From an uncultured cyanobacterium (lineage in GTDB: Bacteria; Cyanobacteriota; Cyanobacteriia; Phormidesmidales; Phormidesmidaceae), in NCBI GenBank assembly GCA_963793265.1, contig CAWBZI010000002.1:576001-640000 (forward strand): a DNA stretch of 64,000 nucleotides, given 5' to 3'. Shown in pieces: positions 21,518 to 32,183 of the stretch. Under the pieces are notes generated by a model. It was not told the origin of the DNA. It did no database searches and worked only from the letters and a program-made list of their open reading frames with translations. The translations under genes and the position numbers were made by a program. Numbering within the stretch: the first letter of the stretch is position 1; every line of letters begins with the position of its first letter.

Positions 21518-22219
21518 CTATGGGGACGTACAAGATCCAGGAGTGGTAGCACTGTCGTCATCCATATAAAGATAATAACCACACAAAGACTCTTTTCTGT
21601 CACTTTTGACAATGGTTGTATACACCACAGAGAGAGGGCGATTTGTACCTTGGCCTTCTCCGCTCGTCATCGTCAGGCTAGCCTGACGAGAATCTGAATC
21701 AGCACCAACAGCACTAACTCTATAGACTCGAACACCTAGCTCAAACGCAACTGGCTGTCCGCCTGCACCATCAATAGTGCCGCTGTCGAGATTGGTGCGG
21801 AAGATTTGAACGGCAAAGTCATCGTCGCCATCGCTATCAATATCAATGCCTCTTGCGTGGTTCGGTGCCACAGTATCAGAGACGCTATCTGGGGGATCAA
21901 CGTCTTCCATTGTCTCAGAGGCAGCTAAGGCAATAGGGGCAACGTCATTCAGATCATAGTCTCCTCCCTTTTCGATTCTTAAGCGTATTTTATCTACTTC
22001 AGACTGAGCAATATGAGTAGCCTGTTCCGCTCTTTGATTCTGTACGCGGGTTGCCACCGATAGAACTGTTACAGGTGCAATAACACCTAGACTAGCTGCG
22101 ATGACAGCGATCGCCACTAGGCATTCAATAAGAGTCAAGCCTTTGCTTTTTTCTAGCTCTGTTTGTTCTATAACAACTAACCTTTTGAAAAAGTACTGAG
22201 AGAGAGAGTTTAGTTTCAC
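21518..22219 (-). CDS. Type IV minor pilin (PilV/HpsB-like)
   Basis: G|LTLIE; VATRVQNQRAEQA, DIDSDGDDDF..Q.FR, LGVRVY. Confidence 0.85.
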   Translation of the reverse strand: MKLNSLSQYFFKRLVVIEQTELEKSKGLTLIECLVAIAVIAASLGVIAPVTVLSVATRVQNQRAEQATHIAQSEVDKIRLRIEKGGDYDLNDVAPIALAASETMEDVDPPDSVSDTVAPNHARGIDIDSDGDDDFAVQIFRTNLDSGTIDGAGGQPVAFELGVRVYRVSAVGADSDSRQASLTMTSGEGQGTNRPLSVVYTTIVKSDRKESLCGYYLYMDDDSATTPGSCTSP

Positions 22220-22253
22220 TTATAACAACCTCTTGAGAATGAGAAGAAAAACA

Positions 22254-25200
22254 TCAACAGTCAAAGTCCACCTCTGTTGTGCTGCATAAGTTAGCAATGT
22301 ATTCATCGTCTACGGCCAATTCTCTAAAGTACTCGCTACGAGGTCTAGCCACCTTCACAAATCGCTGAGCAATAGGTCCAGCAGGCGAGTATTGAAAGGC
22401 AACATCGTAGCCCCAAATACGTTTAGCAGCACCGTAATAGTAGTTACTTTGAACCTGGTTGCCGGTAACTACACCATCACTAATGAAATCAAGTACTCCG
22501 CTAGCGTTTGTCTTATTTGAATGCGGTTGTGCTCCAGGCTCCCATGCATCCTGATCAAAAGGCGCTACAGCTTGAGAACTAAAGTTAAGTTGAAAGAAAC
22601 CACCTGAGATAATTAGCGGTCTACTCGAGTCAACGCCGGGTCTACCTGCCCAGAACTCTAATAGTCTAGGGAAGTTATGGAGGCCACCATAGGTTTGTCC
22701 TGGCCTAGATGGAACGATTCCGCCTACTAAGAGTGCGTTTACTCTAACTATGTCGGTTTCGTTTGGTCTGTTCTGCTGGGATTGTCTATTTTTATAGTAT
22801 GGATTAGTATAAGGAGCCCTATAAAAAGATAGGTATCTACCTCCTGATTCTTTTGGAAATACCTCAAAAGAGCCTGGATGAACCAGCAGGCGTATTGGAC
22901 GATGTATTGTATGATCTTCGATTGTCGCTTCGCTTATAGACTTTTCCGTTCCTATCAACGCTAACGGGAGTAGTGACTTCATAAGCCACAGTAGAAGAAT
23001 CAGACGCCGGGTTAGAAGCTTCGCGTCGCCAGATAGAACGATTATGCTCAACGCCTGCAGAGCTGCCTAAATCGAATTTTCCCCAAGGATGGTTCCAATT
23101 CAGATAGGAAGAAATTTTAGAAGGTTCTCCCTCTTTCGGAGTGTTAGGGGCCACAGTAGAAAATCCATCTTCTATCCAACCATCTGTAAAAAAGTCTGAC
23201 AAAATAGTTATGCCATCGGCAAATATTTCTACCGGACGCCAGTTATCTTGCAAAGGATCTGCAAATCTGTCGTCTAACTTGTCGCGTCCATAGAATAATT
23301 TTCTCGCGTTCTGTTCTTCTGTCTCAGGAAAATTAGCAAATGTTGTTGACAATAAATTACTTTGGCCAGAAACGATACTACTGGTTCCTTTGAATTCCTC
23401 GATAAGGTGTTCTTCTAAAGTTCCTCCTGCAGTTTTATCGGCATGTAAGTTAAAGTCGCCTTTTATATAAACTGTATTGTCAGTAACAAATGTCATTCCA
23501 GCAATAGCGGCTGGTTCGACAGAAGCTGGTCTATTCAAAGATTCACCGTTGATGAAACGAAAGCCGTTAGGACGACGATCTGGATCTGCATACATATCTA
23601 CAGGCTTCGGACTTATTCCAGTGCTGCTATTAAGCGGTGGATCTTGTGGATATCTTGAGTCAGTCGGGTCTACTGACATATAACACTTGTCATTCGTGGT
23701 TAACTCATCAAAGTCTTTACAGAGCGACCAATCTCCATCATTAGGTCGCACGATTGAGTCTTCTCGTACTGCATCTTCTCTAAAGGCATAAACAATTCCA
23801 CTATCAGCAGGAATCCAGGCTTTGTTGTTAGGTGCTGCTCCTACTGTACCATTAGTCGCGCTAGTGTCAGTTAATAGGTCAATATCAAGATCTAGTACGC
23901 GAACACTAAGCAACTCACGACCATCCATCATGGCCTTATCCAGCATAGACAACCTGTAATACTTGTAATCTAATCCTTCCTTTACTCGAATGACATTCCG
24001 GGTTAAATTCCTAGCTGTCAGTGTTGGACGACCGCTATTGGTAGTTGCTCCGCTCTCAGTATATTTGTAATCATTGGGATCGGGAGATCCACCAAACTCA
24101 GGGGCGGCGACTTCAGAGAACTCGAATGGAGTTGAAGAACTCGGAGCCGAATCTGGTGTGACAGAAGCTCTAGGTAGTTTCCAATCGGAAGGTTGACGAA
24201 TCGTTAACGCAATCGCAGATGGTTCTAAAGCCTCGTAAAGGGATGAGCCACTACCGTTAGCAGTATCAATGTAATCATTTACTCCTACATCGAATAACTC
24301 CTCCAATGGCGGCTGAGTAGAAGTTCCTGAACCTCTCTGACTATGAGAAACCTCCGGGAAAATGTAAAATAAAGATGGATATCTAGAGATCTCGTTTGTA
24401 GCCTTTTCACAGAAGATTGCTCCCAGTATGTTTCGATTGGCAGGCCCACCGAAGACAGGACCAAATTCTGAAGTTGGGTTACAAACAGAGCTAGATAAAT
24501 CTGAGTCCTTTATGAAGCCAAATTGTCTGTCCCTCATTATCTGACGATACAGAAAAAGATTTCTCTTCTCAATATCCGAGAGCCTCAATCCGACAGGCAA
24601 TAGTGAATTAATAAAGTCGATACGTTTCCTTATTGTTTCTTTTGCTGCAATATCAGATGAAGTTTTTCCGTTGACTGTCATCGCGAGTGAGATTGCATTA
24701 ATTTTATTCTTAAGAATTTCTCTTGCTTCTTTCTTAACACTGTCTAAGTTATAAGCCAACATTCCTAGAGTACAGGCTGCTGTATCAATAGTTGATTTAT
24801 CGGCTGGACTCAGCGTGTCGTAGTTTGTAGCGGATATATCGATAATGCGGCGCAGCACTGAGAAGTCACCCCACATTGACATATAAGGATATGGGTGAAT
24901 GAAGTCGTCTTGAATGGCAGGAAAAGACGGGGCTCCTCCGTTCGGATCTCCTGCGAAGTATGCCAAGTTCTTGAGTGCTTTAGACCAAGCGCCCGATATG
25001 GTAGGGCCGAAGCTAGCACTAGGTGGTGCAAATTCTACACCATTCGTTCCGCGACCTGTCAGAAAATTAGTTTCCCACAGGCGCTGGCCTGAACTATTAA
25101 CGTAAGAATATTGCTCGAATGTTCGACTATCTTCTAATGTCTCTTGAGTACCAGGGTGTGAAGTAGCAGCAACACAGGCTAAAGGGTATCCACCGGCTGC

Positions 25201-27078
25201 TGAATCAGCAGAATGGTAAACTACCAGTCCTTGAACAGCAGCAAGATTATCTCTTAAGGAACGCATTTGAAGTGTCTCTGCTGCACCTTTCTGTAGATTA
25301 TCTGTACCGGGCTTAAAGTATCCACTAAAGTTGTTAGAAGACCTCCTCGCGACGGGAAGCTCGAAGTCAGTGTCACTTGGAGGATACAAAGGATCATCAC
25401 TTTCCTTCCAGCCAAAATAGTCGCCTAGTTCAAGCCTTTGGCCTACAACTATGCGTAAGCCATTAGCAATAGCGCTTCTTTCCCAATAGCCATCTAATCC
25501 ATAGCCAGTATCAGCGCTTGCAGAGTTACTAATGAGAACATCTCTACCAACTATTGCATCTCCAGACTTATGCGTAACAGTGAGAGGCGCTCCATCTTCT
25601 TTCTTAAGACCTTCATCGTCGTTATATTTGGGTTTAGGCCCGTAGCGATTATCAGCGCGGTAGCCATCGTCCAAAAAAGGACGGGCTGAGCCGTTATCAT
25701 CATTTTCGATTCGTAAGGGATGACTACTATCATCTTCCCAAACAGCATTATCTCTTTTCCAAGAACCAGAGGGTGCGGGAGCTACATTATGGATAAACTC
25801 ATCTTCTGTAAATATGCGGACAGGATCTTGAGCTATGTCCGAAGGGCTAATTGCATTAGTTGGGTCTACGGAGTCTGATGAGGCTATAAGCGCACCTCCA
25901 CCATCTTCAAATAGGGGAGCATCTTTAGCTGTGACATCCGTATGAAAGACTGAGCCATCAGAAGTATGGAAAGGACTGTCACCAGCCTTTTTGCCAGTGA
26001 CACCTGCAACAGCTTGCCCGAGGAAGTTTGCATCCCCATTATCATTCTCCACTAGGCCGCTAATCTCAATAACAGATGCCTGTGGGTCATATACACATGA
26101 TTCAGGCGAGCTTACCATGTAAGCATTGAAGCCCTTACCCGTCAACAAGCTGCCTTCTGTATGCATCGCACCATTCCATCGAAGGGGCTCACCGGGTGAA
26201 ATCTCCATATCATAGCGAAACCAAGCTCCCCACAGATTGCCTCTAGGCGATGTACGTACTTGCTGGTATTCAGAAGCACTTACTGTCTTAGAAGAACCTG
26301 TACCTTTTACCGCAACAACATTGACTTGAATATTCTTTGCTAGATTTTGCCCACCAGCAAGTTGCCATCCGGTACCAGACACACCTTCTACCGGACAGTT
26401 CTCTGATGGCGTTTGGGTATCAATCGGTCCATTGCGAACTATGAATCTATCTGCCTTCTCTTCATCAGATGATTTAGAAATAGTGAAATCATCGCTATCA
26501 TCGCTATCAGTTCCATTGTTGTCAGAGTCATCTAACACAATCGAATAGATGATTTGTGTTCCATCCGGTGCTTGAAAAGACCAAACGTTATCTACTGTAG
26601 AGGCATCACCATCTGTATCGTTCAGACGTATTTCACCACCCCGCTCATCTGAGGTAAAAGTGTACGGGTCAGTTAAAGGAGTATCAGCTTTGAGAAGAAG
26701 TGCATCAAGTAGATTGCTACTAGAGGGCGGACGTTTATCTGCGACACTGGCATCCTGAGTAAATAGAAATTCTATTTTCGCTTTAGCTCTGTCTATAGCG
26801 GGGGCAGCTAAGCTATCTATAACTTGTTGATTGCGGTATGCGATGGTTTGTTCTGTACGAGAAAAGGTGCGAAAGCTGATAGCACCAACTGTTAATGTCA
26901 CCATCAGTAACAGTAGTACAGTGGTGGGTAGCACGAAACCGGCCTGGCCTGCGTGAGTTGGTTTGTTGATAAGAAAAAGACTTCTTAGAAGGCTGCTCAT
27001 GAAGCGGCTGCTTAGTCGCCGGAAGTCTGAGCGGGGGTTTCGAGGTTTTCTGGGGCGAGTCTGCTTGTCGGCGGACAT
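22254..27078 (-). CDS. hpsA: HpsA-like giant pilin-leader protein (about 1607 aa if joined), split by one +1 frameshift between 22864 and 23051
   Basis: G|FVLPTT leader without Glu5, WGAWFRYD..PG...WNGAMHT, DGYWER..A...GLRIVVGQRLELG in ORF 22864..27078; GGLHNFPR..WGYDV..PAGP..RSEYFREL in overlapping ORF 22254..23051. Confidence 0.8.
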
Positions 27079-27230
27079 GGCTGGCTTCCTAACTGAATGA
27101 TGCTATTTGCCCAGATTACCCAATGCCGTTGGGCAAAATAATCCGTAGGTTCACTCATCTAGAAAGCTGGAAAATATAGGGTTTTCGGCTTATCAGTACG
27201 ATATTGCTCATTTGGGAGGAAAGGTATAAA

Positions 27231-27264
27231 AATAAGCCCTCTGTGATATTACAGAGGGCTTATT
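27231..27264 (-). terminator. Intrinsic terminator after rpmB
   Basis: Perfect 14-bp stem AATAAGCCCTCTGT-GATATT-ACAGAGGGCTTATT, T-run on the minus strand. Confidence 0.8.
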
Positions 27265-27300
27265 AGTAGATAGAGATTAAAGGGTTTGATGCCTTGTTTT

Positions 27301-27537
27301 CTAATACTTGTTGAGGTCGATGCCTGCGTCGCGGGCCATGGCTTCGAGTCCTTTTTTCTCAAGCGTTTTCAGGGCTTTTGTGGAGACGCGGAGCTTGACA
27401 AAGCGTTTGCCTTGGGGCCACCAGATGCGCTTGTCTTGAAGGTTGGCTTCTTGGAGGCGCTTGGTGCGGCGGTGGGAGTGGGAGACGGAAAAGGCGTTGT
27501 TGGCCTTTTTACCGGTGAGGTCACAGACTTTGGACAT
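27301..27537 (-). CDS. rpmB: 50S ribosomal protein L28
   Basis: [34 protein letters not shown]. Confidence 0.97.
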   Translation of the reverse strand: MSKVCDLTGKKANNAFSVSHSHRRTKRLQEANLQDKRIWWPQGKRFVKLRVSTKALKTLEKKGLEAMARDAGIDLNKY

Positions 27538-27613
27538 GGTACTTTACGCTAACAGGATTACTTATTATAGACAGCTATGGTCAGAAGGACAAAAAACGGT
27601 TAAATCAATCTGC

Positions 27614-29596
27614 TTATCGCTCAGTTAGCTGGGTGAGTAAGCTGGTAGAGCGTTCGGTGAAGGCTTTCATACCATCGGCGTCGAAGCCTTTTTGGGCCAT
27701 TAGCGCTAAATCGTATACCTGCTCGCAAATTAAGGAGGCTAGCTGTTCGGACGGGGAGGCGTTGCCATCGGGTTGAACGATAGCACCCTGGCCGAGCTTA
27801 GCGACGTTTTGAATAAGCGGGTGAGCGGTGTTCACTAGCAGCGTGTGTGAGTCAGGGAACTGGACGCCCTGCTGCTGAAGGAAGGCGCTCATTTCTTGCA
27901 TTCGACGAAGTTCTTCAGGGACGAGTACCATGGCGGGCGGGGCCGACTGGTCTGCGGACTTGAGGGCTTCTGTACGGATGGTGATTTGTGGGCGGTTCAG
28001 GGCTTTTGTGAATACGTCCTTAATTTGTTCGCTGCGAGTTTTGTTCGTCGTGGCATCTACGATTTCTGCTTCTTTGTCACTGTCAATCAGCGTGTCGTCA
28101 AGATCAGAGTCTACTCGGGAGAATTTTACGTCTGAGTATTCTTGCTCTAGGAAGGAGACAAAGTGGGTGTCGATGAAGGAGTCCATGAAGAGGACTTCGA
28201 GGCCCTGGTTTTTGAGCAGGCTGATGTAGGTGGCCTGGGAAACTTCGTCAGTGGCGTAGTAGATGCGGTTTTCGTGCTTTTCTTTATTGCGCTCTAGATA
28301 TTCTTTGATGGTGGTGTAAGAATTACCATCAGCGTCAGTAGCAGCAGCCGTCTCGTTCACGTCTGCCCAAGCGTCGCCTTCCGTTTCACCATCGACCTCA
28401 ACTTCGACTTTAGGTTTGTCGCTTCCCGCCAAGTCAGCAGTTGTGCGGAAGATTACATAGTCTTGTACCTGCTTTTTGAACTTGTCGTCGTTGAGTGAGC
28501 CAAATTTGGCAAAGGTGCCGAGGTCTTGCCAGATGCGGACGTATTCGGATAGGTCGTCGCGGTAGAGTTCTTTGAGGCGATCGCCCACCTTCTTCGCAAC
28601 ATAATCCGCAATTCGCCGTACCGTCCGATCCGCCTGCAAAAAGCTACGAGACACGTTCAACGGAATATCGGTACTGTCAATCACACCGCGCAAAGGCGTG
28701 AGGAACTTAGGAATAATTTCTTCGCAGTTGTCGCTAACAAATACCTGATTGCAGAACAGCTTAATCTGTCCCTTATTCAGCTCTACATCGGGCTTGAGCT
28801 TAGGGAAGTAGAGGATGCCATTGACTACGAAAGGATAGTCAGTGTTGAGGTGTACCCATAGCAAAGGCTCTTCTTCATACGGATAGAGGTAGCGGTAAAG
28901 ATTGAGGTAGTCTTCGTCAGTGAGTTCACTCGGAGACTTTTTCCAAAGCGCTTCTTGCTTGTTGATTGCCTCATCGCCCATTTTGATCGGGACGGGCATG
29001 AAGTCGCAGTAGGTTTTGACGAGCTGCTTGATGCGAGCTTCTTCTAGATACTCAGCTTCGTCGTCGTTGAGGTGGAGGGTGATAGTGGTGCCGCGTGTGG
29101 TGCGATCGCTCTCACTAATTTCAAAAGACGTGCTGCCATCACAAGACCAGTGCACAGGCTGAGCATCTTCGCGCCAGGAAAGCGTATCGATGTCAACGCG
29201 GTCGGCCACCATAAACGAAGAGTAAAAGCCTAAGCCAAAGTGACCAATAATCTGCTGGTCGTCGTTGTCTTTGTACTTATTGATAAACTCCTCTGCGCTA
29301 GAGAAGGCCACCTGATTAATATATTTTTTAATTTCATCAGCCGTCATGCCGATGCCGGTATCGCTGATGCTGAGCGTCTTCGCTTCTTTATCGATAGCGA
29401 TAGTGATTTCTGCATCAGTTTCGCCCTTGTACTCGCCTGAGCGAGAGAGCATACTTAGCTTGCTAATCGCATCAACGCCGTTGGAGATTAGCTCGCGAAT
29501 AAAAATTTCATGGTCGGAATACAGCCATTTTTTAATAATGGGGAAGATATTCTCGGTATGGATGCTGATGTTGCCCTGTTCTAAAACAGTTGTCAT
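27614..29596 (-). CDS. htpG: Molecular chaperone HtpG (Hsp90)
   Basis: YSDHEIFIRELISN, DTGIGMT, IGHFGLGFYSSF, IPLNVSRS. Confidence 0.97.
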   Translation of the reverse strand: MTTVLEQGNISIHTENIFPIIKKWLYSDHEIFIRELISNGVDAISKLSMLSRSGEYKGETDAEITIAIDKEAKTLSISDTGIGMTADEIKKYINQVAFSSAEEFINKYKDNDDQQIIGHFGLGFYSSFMVADRVDIDTLSWREDAQPVHWSCDGSTSFEISESDRTTRGTTITLHLNDDEAEYLEEARIKQLVKTYCDFMPVPIKMGDEAINKQEALWKKSPSELTDEDYLNLYRYLYPYEEEPLLWVHLNTDYPFVVNGILYFPKLKPDVELNKGQIKLFCNQVFVSDNCEEIIPKFLTPLRGVIDSTDIPLNVSRSFLQADRTVRRIADYVAKKVGDRLKELYRDDLSEYVRIWQDLGTFAKFGSLNDDKFKKQVQDYVIFRTTADLAGSDKPKVEVEVDGETEGDAWADVNETAAATDADGNSYTTIKEYLERNKEKHENRIYYATDEVSQATYISLLKNQGLEVLFMDSFIDTHFVSFLEQEYSDVKFSRVDSDLDDTLIDSDKEAEIVDATTNKTRSEQIKDVFTKALNRPQITIRTEALKSADQSAPPAMVLVPEELRRMQEMSAFLQQQGVQFPDSHTLLVNTAHPLIQNVAKLGQGAIVQPDGNASPSEQLASLICEQVYDLALMAQKGFDADGMKAFTERSTSLLTQLTER

Positions 29597-29680
29597 ACTG
29601 GCGTCGGCTCCTATTCATATAGACGTATGAAGCCTATTGTTAGGAGTTTTAGACGCGGGTGCAATGGGGAATAACCGAAT

Positions 29681-30754
29681 CTAAGCGATCGGCTGAGCCG
29701 TATGCTGGTGGACAAGGGCGTCTAGAGCGGCCATGTGCGACCAGCTTTGTTGAGCAAGATCAGTGAAGCGATCAAAGTCGTATATATTGCGAATATTTTT
29801 GGTGCCTTGAGTAGCAAGCTGAATGGCGAGGTTGAGAGTGGCGAGTTTGGTGGTGGGTGTGATCGCTCTTTCAGCATCAATAGATTTGAGCAAAGTATGC
29901 GTTTTCCCTTGACCGCCATAGGAAATGAAAGGTACGCCCATTGCCAAAGCAGAAAGGCCCAAGTGCAGCTTTTGAGAAACCAATACGTCTAGCGAGCCTA
30001 AGAAAGCGAGGGTTTCAACGGGATCTGAGTAGGTGTGGCTGTGGAGATGCGTTTGGTTTGGGCGAGGCATCATTTCGTAGTCAACCGGGTACTGTGCCAG
30101 GTGAGAGCGAATTAGGTGGATTTCTACCGTTTGTGGGTTTAGTTTGGATAGCAGCGCGAGGGTTGAGACAAAGGCGCGGTGCTTGCGAGTATCAGCAAGG
30201 TTGATGCCGATTTTGATTGTGCCTGGTGTTTTTTCAGGCTTCTCTAGTTTCCAATAGTTAGGGGCTGACCAAAGCACGTCAGGATAGCAAACGGCTTCTT
30301 TGCCTAAGTGGTTCATTAGGGCAATGTCAGACTGATTGCGGACGGCTGTCTTTTGGCAGGTCGGGCTGCTGAATAGGCTGTGACGGCCTTTCGGCAATGG
30401 CGTTTTCTCGCCTCGTCCGTCGCCGCCTACCGATAGCGGATAAACAAAGCAGTTGTATTTTTGAGTTGCCAGTGCAAAGGCTTCGTAGCCGTCTTCTATT
30501 TCTTGGTCTAACGCGCTGAGTTTGCTTTTACCTGTTAGGAGTCCGCCGCCGCCAACAATGCAGAATTCAGCGTTAGATAGCAGAGTATCTAAGGATTCAG
30601 TTGTCTTGACACCGTAGGTTTTAGCGAAGGTAGGGTCTAAGCGGTAAACGATAGGATCCGCACCGAGCTGTTTGAGGCGGTGGGCAAACATAACGCCCAT
30701 GAGGTCGTCGCCATAGTTGCCGTAATTGTAGGAGCCGAAGATTGCGACTTTCAT
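29681..30754 (-). CDS. Polysaccharide pyruvyl transferase family protein (start moved to ATG 30754)
   Basis: MKVAIFGSYNYGNYGDDLM, VGGGGLL, AVRN, PD, KLH....ALAMGVP motifs; the upstream extension in the ORF track is low-complexity. Confidence 0.8.
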   Translation of the reverse strand: MKVAIFGSYNYGNYGDDLMGVMFAHRLKQLGADPIVYRLDPTFAKTYGVKTTESLDTLLSNAEFCIVGGGGLLTGKSKLSALDQEIEDGYEAFALATQKYNCFVYPLSVGGDGRGEKTPLPKGRHSLFSSPTCQKTAVRNQSDIALMNHLGKEAVCYPDVLWSAPNYWKLEKPEKTPGTIKIGINLADTRKHRAFVSTLALLSKLNPQTVEIHLIRSHLAQYPVDYEMMPRPNQTHLHSHTYSDPVETLAFLGSLDVLVSQKLHLGLSALAMGVPFISYGGQGKTHTLLKSIDAERAITPTTKLATLNLAIQLATQGTKNIRNIYDFDRFTDLAQQSWSHMAALDALVHQHTAQPIA

Positions 30755-30810
30755 TGGGTTTTGTGGGGTTAGAGGAAGAAGATGAGGGTTTGGGCGAGGG
30801 GCGACGGGAT

Positions 30811-30872
30811 GGGTTCGGTAGCTCGCGCCCGGAACCCACCCCACCCTATCGGGCACCCCTCCAGAGGGGATT
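30811..30872. repeat. Candidate short dispersed palindromic element
   Basis: Nested hairpins GGGTTCGG..CCGGAACCC, CCCTATCGGG and CCCCT-CCAG-AGGGG; resembles small cyanobacterial dispersed repeats; only one copy seen in the window. Confidence 0.4.
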
Positions 30873-32174
30873 TACTTCTGGCTGGGCTGGTGAAGGTGCT
30901 GGCTTTTTAGCTGACTCTATCAGTCCTTGATAAAGCGTTCGATATTGCTCAGCCTGGCGGACGAGCGTAAATTTATCCTCTACCGTCTGCCGAGCGTTTT
31001 TAGAAAGGGTTTGAAGGCGCTCGGCATCTTCGAGCACCCAGGCAATCCCGTTTGCTAAGTCAGCAGCGTCAAAGCAGATGGCGGAATAGCCGTTATGTTT
31101 ATGGATGACTGAATCCTTGAGGCCAGTAGCATTGAAGCCGACAACTGGGGTGCCGCAGGCCATGGCTTCTATTGTTGTTTTTGCGAAGTTGTCTTGAATA
31201 GAAGGCATGACGAAAACGTCGGCGGCGGCATAGGCGATCGCTAACATCGTGTCGTCGTGCAGGCGACCTAAAAAAGTAGTCGGCAGTTTTAGTCCTAAGT
31301 CTTTGGCGGGTTTGTCTGTGCCGAATATGGCGAGTTCTAGGCAATCGCTCTCAGAATAACTTGCAAGGTGTTGCAGGGCGCTGTGTAGGTGCTTGAAACC
31401 TTTGCGAGGGTCGGCAGTGGGGCTGAGGGCTCCGAAAAGGATAAGCTTTTTGTGCTGTGGGAGGTTGAGAAGGTTACGGGCGATCGCCTGCTCAACTGGC
31501 CGATATTGCTCGGCATCGATCGCATTAGGAATCACCTGAATCGGGTATTTAGAAAACAAAGCACTTTGCCGAGCGCAGTCAGCTAGCCAGTGGCTCAATG
31601 GTGCTAGGGTGATATCTAGATTTTTCCAGGCAGATTGTTTTCGCTGCCACGTTTTGTAAGCAAGGTCGTGGGGTATCTCAGAGCCCAGCGCTGGGCATTG
31701 GCCGCAACCCGTTTGGTAGGCCGTGCAGTCACCTGAGTAGTGACAGCCTCCTGTGAAGGCCCACATATCGCGCATCGTCCAAACCAAATGACGAGGGCGT
31801 TTTTGTTGAAATTTGACGAGATCTTGAGGACGGAGAAGGCCGCCTGCAACCCAATGTAGGTTAATAATATCGGGGTCGATAGCTTCGACTTTGGCAGCGA
31901 TTTTGCTGGGATAGATAGCCGGAGAGAACGCGCCAGGCTTTTTGCTTTTGTAGCTTTTGAGCGGCCAGTATTCGTAGGTTTGGCGAAGACCCGCAAGCAC
32001 TTTTTGAGAACCAGTAATGCCAGTAGAGCCGGTGACGGTGGGATCGCTGGTAAATTTATCAGCGACCAGCATATGAGAATCAACGCCCGCGCTACGGAGA
32101 GCTTTGTGCAGGCTATAAGCGCCTCGGGCCGCGCCACCGTTGGCATCAGCAGCGCTTAGATGGAGTATTTTCAT
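30846..32174 (-). CDS. Glycosyltransferase family 4 (WcaC-like)
   Basis: GGAARGAY, INLHW, WTMRDMWAFTGGCHY, KGF, EAMACGTPVV. Confidence 0.92.
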   Translation of the reverse strand: MKILHLSAADANGGAARGAYSLHKALRSAGVDSHMLVADKFTSDPTVTGSTGITGSQKVLAGLRQTYEYWPLKSYKSKKPGAFSPAIYPSKIAAKVEAIDPDIINLHWVAGGLLRPQDLVKFQQKRPRHLVWTMRDMWAFTGGCHYSGDCTAYQTGCGQCPALGSEIPHDLAYKTWQRKQSAWKNLDITLAPLSHWLADCARQSALFSKYPIQVIPNAIDAEQYRPVEQAIARNLLNLPQHKKLILFGALSPTADPRKGFKHLHSALQHLASYSESDCLELAIFGTDKPAKDLGLKLPTTFLGRLHDDTMLAIAYAAADVFVMPSIQDNFAKTTIEAMACGTPVVGFNATGLKDSVIHKHNGYSAICFDAADLANGIAWVLEDAERLQTLSKNARQTVEDKFTLVRQAEQYRTLYQGLIESAKKPAPSPAQPEVNPLWRGAR

Positions 32175-32183
32175 AATGGTGGC

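Noticed and set aside
30755..30856. N-terminal extension of the pyruvyl transferase in the ORF track (similarly for sufR 46499-46597, sufS 50830-50907 and the NfeD-like gene 35816-35872)
   Set aside because: The extensions are low-complexity or overlap neighbouring genes or promoters; family-like sequence begins at the downstream start
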